DNA of 43,118 nucleotides from a virus (Duplodnaviria > Heunggongvirae > Uroviricota > Caudoviricetes), in IMG/VR virus record IMGVR_UViG_2541047857_000011. The stretch is one strand, 5' to 3'. Under the pieces are notes generated by a model, which worked only from the letters and a program-made list of their open reading frames with translations, had not been told where the DNA came from and did not search any database. Both the position numbers and the translations under genes were made by a program. Below are positions 25,826 through 36,684 of the stretch, piece by piece; position 1 is the stretch's first letter, and each line of letters starts with the position of its first letter.

Positions 25826-25924
25826 GACTACCTCTGAAAAGTCGGGCGGTGGACGCCGGTGCAGTGTCAGGTGATTCACCCTCACTGACCGGCGTGCCGC
25901 CCTGGCGCGGGGCGCATTCGGTTG

Positions 25925-26668
25925 TTAACTGGCTTTCTTTTTCGGGCGTCCACGTTTTGCCGGTGTCGCACTCCGGGTCTTACGCGGGGCGCAGGTGGCC
26001 GCTTTTGGCTGTGGCTCCGGCTTCGGTTTCAGTTCCCGCTCCAGTCGTTCAATCTCTTTTTTGACGCCTGCCTGACAGTCGAGCTGTGTCGCACGTTGCA
26101 GGTGCGCCAGCGCACCTGCGGCATCACCAGCGTCACGCAGAAACAGACCGGTGATTTTGTGCAGCTTTGCGCGCACTTCATCAGGCATGTCAGCCGTGGC
26201 GGTCAGTTCGAGGGTGTCCGTCAGCAGGCGGGGATCCACAGACTCACCGGCAGCGTGGGCGCGCATGGCCGCGAGCGCCACCTCCTCGGTGAACATGTAC
26301 GGCGGGGTGCGGCGGTGTTTACCCGGCATGGTCAGACCGTACTTCAGGGCATAACGGGCAATCTCCAGCGCACCGGCAATATCGCCGGTATCCAGACGCC
26401 ACAGCATGACCGTCATCAGAATGTCATCCTGTGCACCTTTGCCCTGCTCCAGCACGCCGTTCACCCACGGCAACCAGAACGGCAGCAGTTCGCGTTTTTT
26501 CGCGGCCTTAAGCTCTTTTGAGTAAATCGCTTTCAGTGTGCGCTGGTCTGCGGCGAGCTTAACCAGCATCTGCTCATAGACAGTTGCATGTCGCAGCGGG
26601 GCGGCTTCCCGCTGCGCGGTCATCGCTGCCGAGACCCGCATCATGTGGCGCTGTGCGGGACTCGTCAT
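25925..26668 (-). CDS. M: Terminase small (endonuclease) subunit (P2 gpM-like)
   Basis: 247 aa, same size as P2 M; synteny N-M-L. Confidence 0.85.
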   Translation of the reverse strand: MTSPAQRHMMRVSAAMTAQREAAPLRHATVYEQMLVKLAADQRTLKAIYSKELKAAKKRELLPFWLPWVNGVLEQGKGAQDDILMTVMLWRLDTGDIAGALEIARYALKYGLTMPGKHRRTPPYMFTEEVALAAMRAHAAGESVDPRLLTDTLELTATADMPDEVRAKLHKITGLFLRDAGDAAGALAHLQRATQLDCQAGVKKEIERLERELKPKPEPQPKAATCAPRKTRSATPAKRGRPKKKAS

Positions 26669-26671
26669 CAG

Positions 26672-27745
26672 TTACGCTCCCGGCTCTGCGGTCGCCCTGG
26701 CCGGTGTGGAGAAATCACCGACCTTAATTTTTTCCACCAGGCAACCGGCGGCGTAGTCTTCCACCACGTAATCAATATTCATTGACTCGTAGTTCTCCAC
26801 GCGGTCGAGTTTCGGGTTTTCCACAATCACGCGGCGATGGCTGTCATCCATGTAGTAGATGGACAGGTTTTCCAGCTTCGTGATGAGCATCGCATCCGCC
26901 GGGAAGTACGGGACGCGTACCGCTGGCAGGTTGCCGATGCGTTTCTGGCTGATGATGACGTCAGCGGCCAGCATCTCGCTGTTGTCCTGCTCCTTGTTGA
27001 CGATGGGGAAATACTTGTCCGCCAGTAGCTGACGCCCCACAATCACCACAAGGTCAGGGTCTTCCTGATACCACGGTTCAATCAGGTTGTTGGTCGCATC
27101 CATCACCAGTGCATCAAGGCGGGCATAATCACCGCCCTTACCCACGCGGATAACCTCAGAGGTGGTGCGGCCTTCCTCGTCAGTGACCTTGCTCATCACG
27201 CGCGCCGGGGCTTCATTGCGGTATTTCTGCAGCCAGCCGACCGCCACATCCTGCAACATCGGATTGCTGCTGCGGTCAGAGGTTTCGGCACGCTTCACGC
27301 CGTTAAAACCGGCCATGATTAAATCAAGGGACTGGCGTTTGATAATGGCGTTACGGACACGGAGCTGGAAATCCTGATAACGCGCCCACAGGTCAAGCGT
27401 TTTGTAGCGGATATAAAAATCGAAGTTAATCTGGTCGCATTCGTACTTACTGGACGCCAGCTTCGAGAAGTCCTTCGGCTGACGCTCGGTGCCACCGGCG
27501 GTGTCGGTGGTGCTGGCGATGGAGCCGGTGACACCAATACCAATTTTTTCCCCTTTCATTTCGCTGACCGGCACAATGTTGATGCGGGTCAGAAAGTCAG
27601 AGGACTCCTGCATGGTGTTCATCAGGGTCTGGGTGACCGACGGTTCAACGGTGAATTTTTTCGACACATCACCGGCGTCGATGCCGTTCAGCTCGGCAAC
27701 ACGGGACAGGTAGGCATTAAATTTAAAGCGGGTTTCCTGGCGCAT
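26672..27745 (-). CDS. N: Major capsid protein (P2 gpN-like)
   Basis: 357 aa, same size as P2 N. Confidence 0.9.
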   Translation of the reverse strand: MRQETRFKFNAYLSRVAELNGIDAGDVSKKFTVEPSVTQTLMNTMQESSDFLTRINIVPVSEMKGEKIGIGVTGSIASTTDTAGGTERQPKDFSKLASSKYECDQINFDFYIRYKTLDLWARYQDFQLRVRNAIIKRQSLDLIMAGFNGVKRAETSDRSSNPMLQDVAVGWLQKYRNEAPARVMSKVTDEEGRTTSEVIRVGKGGDYARLDALVMDATNNLIEPWYQEDPDLVVIVGRQLLADKYFPIVNKEQDNSEMLAADVIISQKRIGNLPAVRVPYFPADAMLITKLENLSIYYMDDSHRRVIVENPKLDRVENYESMNIDYVVEDYAAGCLVEKIKVGDFSTPARATAEPGA

Positions 27746-27803
27746 AGTTTTTCCTGAAATTAAGGGTTAATCGTGAAGGTTTTCCCGGACTGACTGACGC
27801 CGG

Positions 27804-28658
27804 TCAGCAGTTCGTCATCAGGGCGTCACCGCCACCGCCGGTGGCCTTGCTGCGGCGCTGCTGGGTCAGACTTTCGGTGTGGTCGAGACTGTTTTTCAGG
27901 CGGGTGAATGCCTGGCTGGTTTCATCCGCCCTGTCAGTCACCTCCTGCTTAAGTGCGGAAAAGGCGGTTTCCATCTCAGCGAGGCGCTGCTCAGTGGCAC
28001 TCAGCTTTTCCTGCACATGTTCAGCAACAGCGGTCACCGCTTCATGCACGTCATTCAGACGGGCGTCATCGCTGGCCTGTTTGCGGCCAAAAATGGATTT
28101 CACCTTTTCGGTCAGGGCGGTGAACACGGTTTCAGGCAGGTCTTCAAATTCCAGCTCAACAGGCGTTGCCACTGAAATCAGGTTTTCAGGGCTTAATTTG
28201 AAGCGGTTCAGGGGGTTGTGTTTTGCCGTGCGGCAGAATTCCAGGTATTCCGTGCCGAGGCTTGCCGGGTCATCGGTGACGGCCAGCCCCACCAGATAAC
28301 ATTTGCCGGTGTTGGCAAAGTTCGGCTGAATTTCCATTGAGGTGTAGACCTTCTGCGCGGCCTTGTTCATCGCGATAAGGTCATCGGTCGGGGTGATTTT
28401 CGCAAACAGCGCCCATTTGCCTTTCAGCGCCGAATCGTCATCAATCTTTTCGGCCTTCAGTTCGGCCACATCGCCATAACGTTTAAAAATACCGTCAGGC
28501 AGGATGCCGCGCAGATGTTCCAGGTTAATGCGGCAACCATAGACACGCGGGTCAAAGGTTTCCGCCATTTCCTGAATATCCTGCGCACTGATGACACGCC
28601 CGTCACAGGTGTCACCCTCAACGCCGATACGAAAGAATTTTGAGACTTTTTTTGCCAT
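27804..28658 (-). CDS. O: Capsid scaffolding protein (P2 gpO-like)
   Basis: 284 aa from MAKKVSKFFRIGVEG; divergent from P. Confidence 0.85.
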   Translation of the reverse strand: MAKKVSKFFRIGVEGDTCDGRVISAQDIQEMAETFDPRVYGCRINLEHLRGILPDGIFKRYGDVAELKAEKIDDDSALKGKWALFAKITPTDDLIAMNKAAQKVYTSMEIQPNFANTGKCYLVGLAVTDDPASLGTEYLEFCRTAKHNPLNRFKLSPENLISVATPVELEFEDLPETVFTALTEKVKSIFGRKQASDDARLNDVHEAVTAVAEHVQEKLSATEQRLAEMETAFSALKQEVTDRADETSQAFTRLKNSLDHTESLTQQRRSKATGGGGDALMTNC

Positions 28659-28831
28659 TGTCAGGAGTCCTGAATAGTGATTAGAGGAGTCACATGTCGG
28701 CATCAGTTTCCCGACGATGCGCATCCTCCGCCATCAGTCCCGGATGGCTTATCACTGACACAACAGCACCTTAGCGAATCGCGGGGCGCGACTCAGTAGC
28801 CTTGCCGTGTATTCATCACGGCGAGGTATTC

Positions 28832-30604
28832 ATGACCATCACCACAGACACCACTCTTTTACACGACCCGCGTCGTCAGGCGGCGCTGCTGTACTGGCAG
28901 GGATTTTCCGTGCCGCAGATTGCCGCCATGTTGCAGATGAAACGCCCGACGGTGCAGAGCTGGAAACAGCGCGACGGCTGGGACAGCGTTGCTCCCATCA
29001 GCCGTGTCGAAATGAGTCTGGAAGCGCGGCTGACCCAGCTCATCATCAAACCGCAGAAAACCGGTGGTGACTTCAAGGAAATTGACCTGCTGGGACGCCA
29101 GATTGAACGACTGGCACGGGTAAACCGCTACAGTCAGACCGGCAACGAGGCAGACCTTAATCCGAACGTCGCTAACCGCAACAAAGGCGGGCGTCGCAAA
29201 CCGAAAAAGAATTTTTTCAGTGACGAGGCCATCGAAAAGCTGGAGCAGATTTTCTTTGAGCAGTCTTTCGAATATCAGTTGCACTGGTATCGCGCCGGGC
29301 TTGAGCACCGCATCCGCGATATCCTGAAATCCCGCCAGATTGGCGCGACGTTTTATTTTTCCCGCGAGGCGCTGCTGCGCGCCCTGAAAACCGGTCATAA
29401 CCAGATTTTTCTGTCGGCCAGTAAAACGCAGGCGTATGTGTTCCGCGAATACATCATCGCCTTTGCCCGGCTGGTTGACGTTGACCTGACCGGTGACCCG
29501 ATTGTCCTGGGCAATAACGGCGCAAAACTGATTTTTCTCGGCACCAACTCCAACACCGCACAGAGCCATAACGGCGACCTGTACGTCGACGAGATTTTCT
29601 GGATCCCGAATTTTCAGGTACTGCGTAAGGTGGCATCAGGTATGGCCTCACAGAGTCACCTGCGCTCGACCTATTTCTCCACCCCGTCCACGCTGGCGCA
29701 CGACGCCTACCCGTTCTGGTCGGGTGAACTGTTCAACCGGGGACGCGCCAGCGCCGCCGAACGCGTGGAAATCGACGTCAGTCATAACGCCCTTGCCGGA
29801 GGTCTTCTCTGTGCGGACGGCCAGTGGCGGCAGATTGTCACCATTGAGGACGCCCTGAAAGGCGGCTGCACGCTGTTCGACATTGAGCAGCTCAAACGTG
29901 AAAACAGCGCCGACGATTTTAAAAACCTGTTCATGTGTGAATTTGTTGACGACAAGGCGTCGGTGTTCCCGTTCGAGGAGCTGCAACGCTGCATGGTCGA
30001 CACGCTGGAAGAATGGGAAGACTATGCGCCGTTTGCCGCGAATCCGTTCGGCTCCCGCCCGGTATGGATTGGTTACGACCCGTCACACCGTGGCGACAGC
30101 GCCGGATGCGTGGTACTGGCACCGCCGGTGGTGGCCGGTGGCAAATTCAGAATACTTGAGCGTCACCAGTGGAAAGGCATGGACTTTGCCACTCAGGCGG
30201 AATCCATCCGCAAACTCACCGAAAAATACAACGTCGAATACATCGGTATTGATGCCACCGGCCTCGGTGTCGGCGTGTTCCAGCTCGTGCGCTCGTTCTA
30301 TCCCGCCGCGCGCGACATCCGCTACACGCCGGAAATGAAAACCGCAATGGTGCTCAAGGCCAAAGACGTTATCCGCCGTGGCTGTCTGGAATATGACGTC
30401 AGCGCCACCGACATCACCAGCTCGTTTATGGCTATCCGCAAGACCATGACCAGCAGCGGACGCAGCGCCACCTATGAGGCCAGCCGCAGCGAGGAAGCCA
30501 GCCACGCCGACCTCGCCTGGGCGACCATGCACGCCCTGTTAAATGAGCCACTCACCGCAGGTATCAGCACCCCGCTGACATCCACCATTCTGGAGTTTTA
30601 CTGA
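28832..30604 (+). CDS. P: Terminase large (ATPase) subunit (P2 gpP-like)
   Basis: 590 aa from MTITTDTTLL with GAGG upstream; stop overlaps the Q start. Confidence 0.9.
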   Translation: MTITTDTTLLHDPRRQAALLYWQGFSVPQIAAMLQMKRPTVQSWKQRDGWDSVAPISRVEMSLEARLTQLIIKPQKTGGDFKEIDLLGRQIERLARVNRYSQTGNEADLNPNVANRNKGGRRKPKKNFFSDEAIEKLEQIFFEQSFEYQLHWYRAGLEHRIRDILKSRQIGATFYFSREALLRALKTGHNQIFLSASKTQAYVFREYIIAFARLVDVDLTGDPIVLGNNGAKLIFLGTNSNTAQSHNGDLYVDEIFWIPNFQVLRKVASGMASQSHLRSTYFSTPSTLAHDAYPFWSGELFNRGRASAAERVEIDVSHNALAGGLLCADGQWRQIVTIEDALKGGCTLFDIEQLKRENSADDFKNLFMCEFVDDKASVFPFEELQRCMVDTLEEWEDYAPFAANPFGSRPVWIGYDPSHRGDSAGCVVLAPPVVAGGKFRILERHQWKGMDFATQAESIRKLTEKYNVEYIGIDATGLGVGVFQLVRSFYPAARDIRYTPEMKTAMVLKAKDVIRRGCLEYDVSATDITSSFMAIRKTMTSSGRSATYEASRSEEASHADLAWATMHALLNEPLTAGISTPLTSTILEFY

Positions 30605-31638
30605 TGAGCAAGAAAAAAGGGAAAACACCGCAACCTGCGGCAAAAACAATGACTGCCAGCGCCCCGAAAATGGAGGCATTCACCTTTGGTGAGCCGGTAC
30701 CGGTACTCGACCGCCGTGACATTCTGGATTATGTCGAATGCATCAGTAACGGCAGATGGTATGAGCCGCCGGTCAGCTTTACCGGTCTGGCAAAAAGCCT
30801 GCGTGCTGCCGTGCATCACAGCTCACCGATTTACGTCAAACGTAATATTCTGGCTTCAACGTTTATCCCGCACCCGTGGCTTTCCCAGCAGGATTTCAGC
30901 CGCTTTGTGCTGGATTTTCTGGTGTTCGGTAATGCGTTTCTGGAAAAGCGTTACAGCACCACCGGTAAGGTCATCAGACTGGAAACCTCACCGGCAAAAT
31001 ATACCCGCCGTGGTGTGGAAGAGGATGTTTACTGGTGGGTGCCGTCCTTCAACGAGCCGACAGCCTTCGCACCCGGCTCCGTGTTTCACCTGCTGGAGCC
31101 GGATATTAATCAGGAGTTGTACGGCCTGCCAGAATATCTCAGCGCCCTTAACTCTGCCTGGCTGAATGAGTCGGCCACGCTGTTCCGCCGCAAGTATTAC
31201 GAAAATGGCGCACATGCCGGATACATCATGTACGTCACCGATGCCGTGCAGGATCGCAACGATATCGAAATGCTTCGCGAAAACATGGTTAAGTCGAAAG
31301 GCCGCAATAACTTTAAAAATCTGTTTCTCTATGCCCCGCAGGGGAAAGCCGACGGCATTAAAATTATCCCGCTCAGTGAAGTGGCGACGAAGGACGATTT
31401 TTTTAATATCAAAAAAGCCAGCGCCGCTGACCTGCTGGACGCACACCGCATCCCCTTTCAGTTGATGGGCGGCAAGCCGGAGAACGTCGGGTCGCTGGGT
31501 GATATTGAGAAAGTGGCAAAGGTCTTTGTCCGCAATGAGCTTATCCCGCTACAGGACAGGATCCGCGAGATAAACGGCTGGCTCGGTCAGGAGGTCATCC
31601 GCTTTAAAAACTACTCACTGGACACTGACAACGACTGA
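30604..31638 (+). CDS. Q: Portal protein (P2 gpQ-like)
   Basis: 344 aa, same size as P2 Q; ends ~170 bp before cos. Confidence 0.9.
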   Translation: MSKKKGKTPQPAAKTMTASAPKMEAFTFGEPVPVLDRRDILDYVECISNGRWYEPPVSFTGLAKSLRAAVHHSSPIYVKRNILASTFIPHPWLSQQDFSRFVLDFLVFGNAFLEKRYSTTGKVIRLETSPAKYTRRGVEEDVYWWVPSFNEPTAFAPGSVFHLLEPDINQELYGLPEYLSALNSAWLNESATLFRRKYYENGAHAGYIMYVTDAVQDRNDIEMLRENMVKSKGRNNFKNLFLYAPQGKADGIKIIPLSEVATKDDFFNIKKASAADLLDAHRIPFQLMGGKPENVGSLGDIEKVAKVFVRNELIPLQDRIREINGWLGQEVIRFKNYSLDTDND

Positions 31639-31807
31639 ACATCGCCGCCTGCGGGCGGCTTTTTTACATCCCGTCATCACGCCCTCACACGCTCACCACC
31701 GCACAAAACACCCCTTAGACACACCAACGCCCCGACGCACAATCTAAACGCCATCACGACGCGCTCAGACGCTGAAAAAATAAAATCAGCACCACCGCCA
31801 GCGCGCA

Positions 31808-31826
31808 GTGCTTTCCCCGCCTCGCC
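31808..31826. other. Phage cos site (19-nt cohesive-end sequence)
   Basis: Plus strand GTGCTTTCCCCGCCTCGCC is the reverse complement of the P2 cohesive end GGCGAGGCGGGGAAAGCAC as I remember it; lies between Q and the old/tin-position cargo gene, as in P2. Confidence 0.6.
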
Positions 31827-31977
31827 CGCCCGCTTCATGGGTCGGTTTGAATGCAGTTGAATTACAACTACCAAACCAAGCAATCCCTACTATTACGCAG
31901 AAAATGCATACTGAAATACCTCGTGCAAATTGATGCAGCTAAGTATGCATAGGTTTTATGCCTCAACGTATACGTTA

Positions 31978-33810
31978 TCAAACAGAGCCCTGTTCAAATA
32001 CAGTATCAAAATATGGTAGGAGAGGATAAGCACACAGAAAGAAAATCAGGATGCATGCATATGTCGTTGTTTCATCGTAACAAGCATTAGTATATAAATT
32101 ACCATGTGCTAATTTATGTCTTAAGGTTGCCCCACTCTTTCTATTAAAAAGAACATCGATAGTTAAAACAAGATTCTTAGAAAAGATACTTTCCAAATCA
32201 TCTCTGCATTTATCTAGAAGCTGAGAAATACTTGTTGACTCCTCTAATCCCTTATCCAAATATCTAGTAGCATCCTTTCCACTAAGCTCATAATAATAAC
32301 GAACCATACCTTCCATTTGTGGTATTAAAAGATAAGCTGCACTGATGTAATCTCCCTGCCATAATTTGTAAAAGCCCAAATTAAAAATCTCCCTAAACTC
32401 CGGCTTGACAATTGGACTAGTTGTAACTAATTTAACGAATGTTGACAACGTCAAGCCATGTTCTTGAGAAAGTACATAGCGAGCAGGTTCAAAGACACCG
32501 TTTACAAAAATCTTATGAGTAATCTCGAAATTTCTTAGATATTGATCAATAACAACATCATCACTCATATCTTTTTTATTATTCAACGGCGGGATTGTAT
32601 ATACCTTACGCCCACTCTCATCATTAATTTCTGTTCCAACAAAACTAGAGAATAAACTTTTTTCTGATAATCTTAAAACTTGCTCCCTCATGCTTTCAAT
32701 ATTTTCAATCGGTGTTTCACGCATTAAAACTTTGAATATATCGGGCAAAGAACGCCCCGTCAGTTTTTTTTCACTTTCAGCAACCAAGTCACTAATATCA
32801 ATAGAATGGCTTAAAGTGACATATTCACTCCTTACTTCTTCTCTCAAATTAGCAAGTTGTTCCTTTAAATCTTCTATCTGTTGGCTATCACCACCATACT
32901 GTCTTAATTCAGAGATAGCTGTTCTTAACCAAGAGATCTTACCCATATTATCAGGTCGATCTGTTGCAACTTTAATAGTAATATTTGCAGATGCCAGTTT
33001 ACATCTCTTGGCACGTTCATACTCACCATTTTTTTCATAAATAACTGCACTTGTCATATAAAGTGATTTTACAGCATCATAATATTTTTTATCTTTATGC
33101 TGCTCAGCCATCTTCTCAGCATTTTCCGCATACTGCAGATTATACCCATCAAAATCACGCACCATAAACCAAGTCAAATTATTGAAACCTTCAAAGATTA
33201 ATCTTTCATTTTGAATACTATAAAGAGAATGAATGGCATTTTTAATCGCCATGTTTCCTTCTGATTTTCTAGGGTAGACCATTTTATTAATGTGCAAAGC
33301 CCTAGCAATATAATCACGAGCAAAAATAAAGCAATTTAAATCACTTTCATCCATGCTTTCGTTTTTTATTATTAGTTTTTCAATTGCTATATTTAGCATT
33401 TCAGCATAGGAATCAATTGCTTTAATTGCCACGTCTTTGTTTTTCCGGTTATTACACCAAACAACATCATATATTCTTGATAACAAAAATGGATTGGTTA
33501 TTTTTTGAGAAACATATAAAAGACAGTCATTCACCTGCTCATCAAAATCTTCAGGCAATATTGATCTTTTATTACCCCAAATCATTTGGGGTTCAAATGA
33601 TGGAGTGTTGTTAACAACTTGCAAATTGAAACTATATAGCATACCAAAAAGAGATGCTAATTTTTTCTCTTTGGGGTTTCCTGATGATTCAGCAATCCCA
33701 TCCAGATATTTTTTTATTTTATGTGCATGAAATGTAACTGGTATATGCATAAAAACACTATAATCTAGTGTTTCAAGCTCTTCCCTTGTAAGAACAAAGA
33801 TATCATTCAT
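31978..33810 (-). CDS. Large hypothetical protein, ~610 aa, with C-terminal Rx4HG (HEPN-like) motif; candidate abortive-infection effector at the P2 tin/old position
   Basis: Start set at ATG 33808-33810 (MNDIFVLTREE) with AAGGTGA 7 nt upstream; the track's longest ORF starts at 33912 without an SD. Strongly AT-rich. C-terminal LRHKLAHG; no Walker A motif, so not an Old-type ATPase. Confidence 0.65.
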   Translation of the reverse strand: MNDIFVLTREELETLDYSVFMHIPVTFHAHKIKKYLDGIAESSGNPKEKKLASLFGMLYSFNLQVVNNTPSFEPQMIWGNKRSILPEDFDEQVNDCLLYVSQKITNPFLLSRIYDVVWCNNRKNKDVAIKAIDSYAEMLNIAIEKLIIKNESMDESDLNCFIFARDYIARALHINKMVYPRKSEGNMAIKNAIHSLYSIQNERLIFEGFNNLTWFMVRDFDGYNLQYAENAEKMAEQHKDKKYYDAVKSLYMTSAVIYEKNGEYERAKRCKLASANITIKVATDRPDNMGKISWLRTAISELRQYGGDSQQIEDLKEQLANLREEVRSEYVTLSHSIDISDLVAESEKKLTGRSLPDIFKVLMRETPIENIESMREQVLRLSEKSLFSSFVGTEINDESGRKVYTIPPLNNKKDMSDDVVIDQYLRNFEITHKIFVNGVFEPARYVLSQEHGLTLSTFVKLVTTSPIVKPEFREIFNLGFYKLWQGDYISAAYLLIPQMEGMVRYYYELSGKDATRYLDKGLEESTSISQLLDKCRDDLESIFSKNLVLTIDVLFNRKSGATLRHKLAHGNLYTNACYDETTTYACILIFFLCAYPLLPYFDTVFEQGSV

Positions 33811-33926
33811 CGTTTTCACCTTTTTCAGTATAAATTTGCACACATTATTAGCAACATAATTATCAATAGTTAACACATGTAGATAAACAGCAATTTTACT
33901 ATTATGCAACAAATTAAATCAGATGT

Positions 33927-35838
33927 TTATTGCTCTGAATAACAATAAAACCAACTCCACTCATCAGCGACCGGATACGTAAATTTTTTCCCGTTGTAAT
34001 CTACGGTCGCACCACGCGCCAGCGCCTCAAGCTCCCATCGCTGCGGCCTGATACCGTTCTGAGCAAGGTCAACGCGGATACGGGTAATTTGCATTCTTTC
34101 CGACCGGGTCAGTCTGGCCGATGGCGCTATTTCATGCGGTTTTAACGGGCTTCCGTTTCTTTGCTGACGGTTTGGTGTTATCAGGTCGTGTTTTAATGCG
34201 CCCCTGAGCGCCCTCACGACCTCCGGGTCATTCCATTCGATAACACCGTCATCAACCAGATTAAGCACTGCTGCGGCGTGTTCAGAAGGTGTGGGAGCCG
34301 GTAACGAAGTATCACCACTGGTGAGCTTTCCACAGTTATTGACAGGACTCCGAGGCGCGGCGATGCCGCTTTTTAAAGTCAAAGGCTCCACGACCGGAAC
34401 TTTCGGAACAATGCGCCAGTCCGTCGTTCTGGTGATATGAATATGACGCGCGCCGAGATGCGGCGCGTAAATGCCGACCACTCTCTCGACTTCTTCCTCG
34501 TACTCGTTAACTTCATCCGACGGGCTACGGGCGACTCTGACAGTCTGGCAATCGCGCGGAACATTTGCCCCACCCTGCGCACTGATATACAACGCAAAAT
34601 CGCCACTGTCTGCGGCAGCGCGTGCAGCCTCGACGCGTTCGTCAAACTCATCAGCAATGCTGACGCCGCGAGGCAATTTGCGTAGTTCACGGTAAGCCCC
34701 CATTGTCGGCAGACCAACCGTTTTAAATTGCGGGATGCGCCACGTTGACGCCCATGCAGTAACAGCCGCGGCAGTATCTTTCAGAGGTCTGCCGGTATCG
34801 TTATCGAGCTGACCATCCAGTGCATAGCCGTCGATATTTTTTGAAATGTATTTCGCGATATATCCCGCAGCACCGCCCCGGTTAAGGTGCTTTGCCTGAA
34901 AACGGTTTCGCGCGGCTCCTCTTTCGTCACCATCCTCTTTGAGCGCATAGCGACGCATGATTTCGATAATCTGATTACGCTGGCGTGGATTACAAAAAAG
35001 CATCATATGCCAGTGCGGCGTTCCGTCGTGGTGTGGCTCGACGACACGCAAACCGTAGACCTGTAAATCATTATCCTTGAATGCCGTGCGCATCAGGCTC
35101 CAGATGCGGCAGAGATAACGCTGCGCATCCTTTGGATTAAATGCCTCATCGTTCCAGCCGTGATTTAGCTGGACGGTTTTACTTTCGCCTTTTCCGACCT
35201 GACGTGTCGGGTGATACTTTGACGGCGCGGTCAGCGTGATAAACATCCCCACATCACCCTCTGCGGCGGCGTAACGCTCAATACCGGCAATGGTGTTCAT
35301 CAGCTCCATCCGGCGAATTTCAGGATTAGAAATACTTCCCATCACCTTACTGATAAGGTCGATGCGCTCGCCGGTTTCCCTGTTTTCAAGGTCACACGAT
35401 TTAAGAAATTCCAGATTTGCCTGGCGGCGCGCACGCACATCACGAATGGCATGTTTACTGGCATAAGGAGAACGGTCTTTATTGACCTCCCCGACAGCAA
35501 TCAGTAACGCTTCATGCCAGCGCATACGCTGACCTTTAAGCTGATGAGTCCACCACTCATCGTTAAACAGGCGGGCAATGGCAGAATATGCCTGCCTCGT
35601 GGTCATCTGTCCTTTACGGTATTTTTTCCAGTAAAGCGGGGAAATATTGAAAGCACGTGCAGCGCCAGCAACATGACCATACAGGTGAGCCTGAGCCTCA
35701 TCCGTAAACAGTGATTCTTTTTCGCCATGCGCATCCCCCCAGGCATCGCTGATTTCCTCATACATCATGAAAAGCTGCGATGAGATACGGGCGGCAAACT
35801 TTTTCAGCTCCTTATCATTCATCCCCGGCAGACGCGCA
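33927..35838 (-). pseudogene. A: P2 gpA replication initiation protein, C-terminal ~637 codons, separated from its 5' end by an IS insertion
   Basis: Reading frame continues ...ARLPGMNDKELKKFAARISSQLF... as in P2 A; the apparent ATG at 35873 lies inside the IS end. Confidence 0.85.
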
Positions 35839-35923
35839 TGCGTATTACCGTGAAGGAGATCGGTGAGTAACATCGATGGAGATCGGTTCGTGTCACTTTC
35901 ACAGAACCGTTTTTAAATTACCT

Positions 35924-36673
35924 TCACTGATCTCCTTCGGTCAACGGTGATTGTATTTTCCGCATTGATTCTCCTTTAAGTTCGATCTTGATACTGCCAT
36001 GAACCAGTCGATCTAGGATGGCATCCGCATGTGTGGAGTCTCCGATCATTTTGTACCAGTTTTCCACCGGCAACTGGCTCACTACGATGATTGAGCCTCG
36101 TTGGTACATCAGATCCACTATTTCCAGCAGGTCGCTACGCTGTTCTGATGAGAGAGGTTCCAGCCCCCAGTCATCCAGAAGCAGCAGATCGCTATTATTC
36201 AGCCTGGTCAAAAGTTTGCTGTATCTTCCATCAGCATGCCCCTGATAGCACTGTTCCATCAGCGCTTTAAGGCGATAATAGTAGACCTTGTATCCCTGTC
36301 GGCAGGCATTATGACCAAGTGCACATGCCAGGAACGTTTTACCGCTGCCGGTGGCCCCGGTCAGTAAAATATTTTGTTTCAGGGTTAACCAGTTTCCCTG
36401 ACTGAGTGAACGGATGAGGGCCCTGTCCAGCCCTCTATTGTTACGATAATCCAGCTTTGATAACTCAGCATTAAGTCTGAACCGTGCATGTTTGATCAGA
36501 CGCTCTGCCTTCCTGTTTTCACGGCAGGTTAGTTCTTCTGCTGTCAGTAATGACAGGCGTTCTTCGAAGCCCAGCTCCTGGTATGTGCCCGGCTGAGCAA
36601 GTTGCTTTTTAAGCGCATCACGGAAGCCGGTGAGTTTAAGTGCGGTCAGTTGTTCGTAAAGATGATTCATCAT
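35924..36673 (-). CDS. istB: IS21-family helper ATPase IstB
   Basis: 249 aa with Walker A GATGSGKT and Walker B LLLLDDWG; immediately downstream of istA. Confidence 0.9.
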   Translation of the reverse strand: MMNHLYEQLTALKLTGFRDALKKQLAQPGTYQELGFEERLSLLTAEELTCRENRKAERLIKHARFRLNAELSKLDYRNNRGLDRALIRSLSQGNWLTLKQNILLTGATGSGKTFLACALGHNACRQGYKVYYYRLKALMEQCYQGHADGRYSKLLTRLNNSDLLLLDDWGLEPLSSEQRSDLLEIVDLMYQRGSIIVVSQLPVENWYKMIGDSTHADAILDRLVHGSIKIELKGESMRKIQSPLTEGDQ

Positions 36674-36684
36674 TGGATCCCGTA

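Noticed and set aside
31978-33912. Old-type (ATPase plus TOPRIM) exclusion protein at the tin/old position
   Set aside because: No Walker A/P-loop motif anywhere in the protein; the C-terminal Rx4HG motif points to a HEPN-type protein instead.
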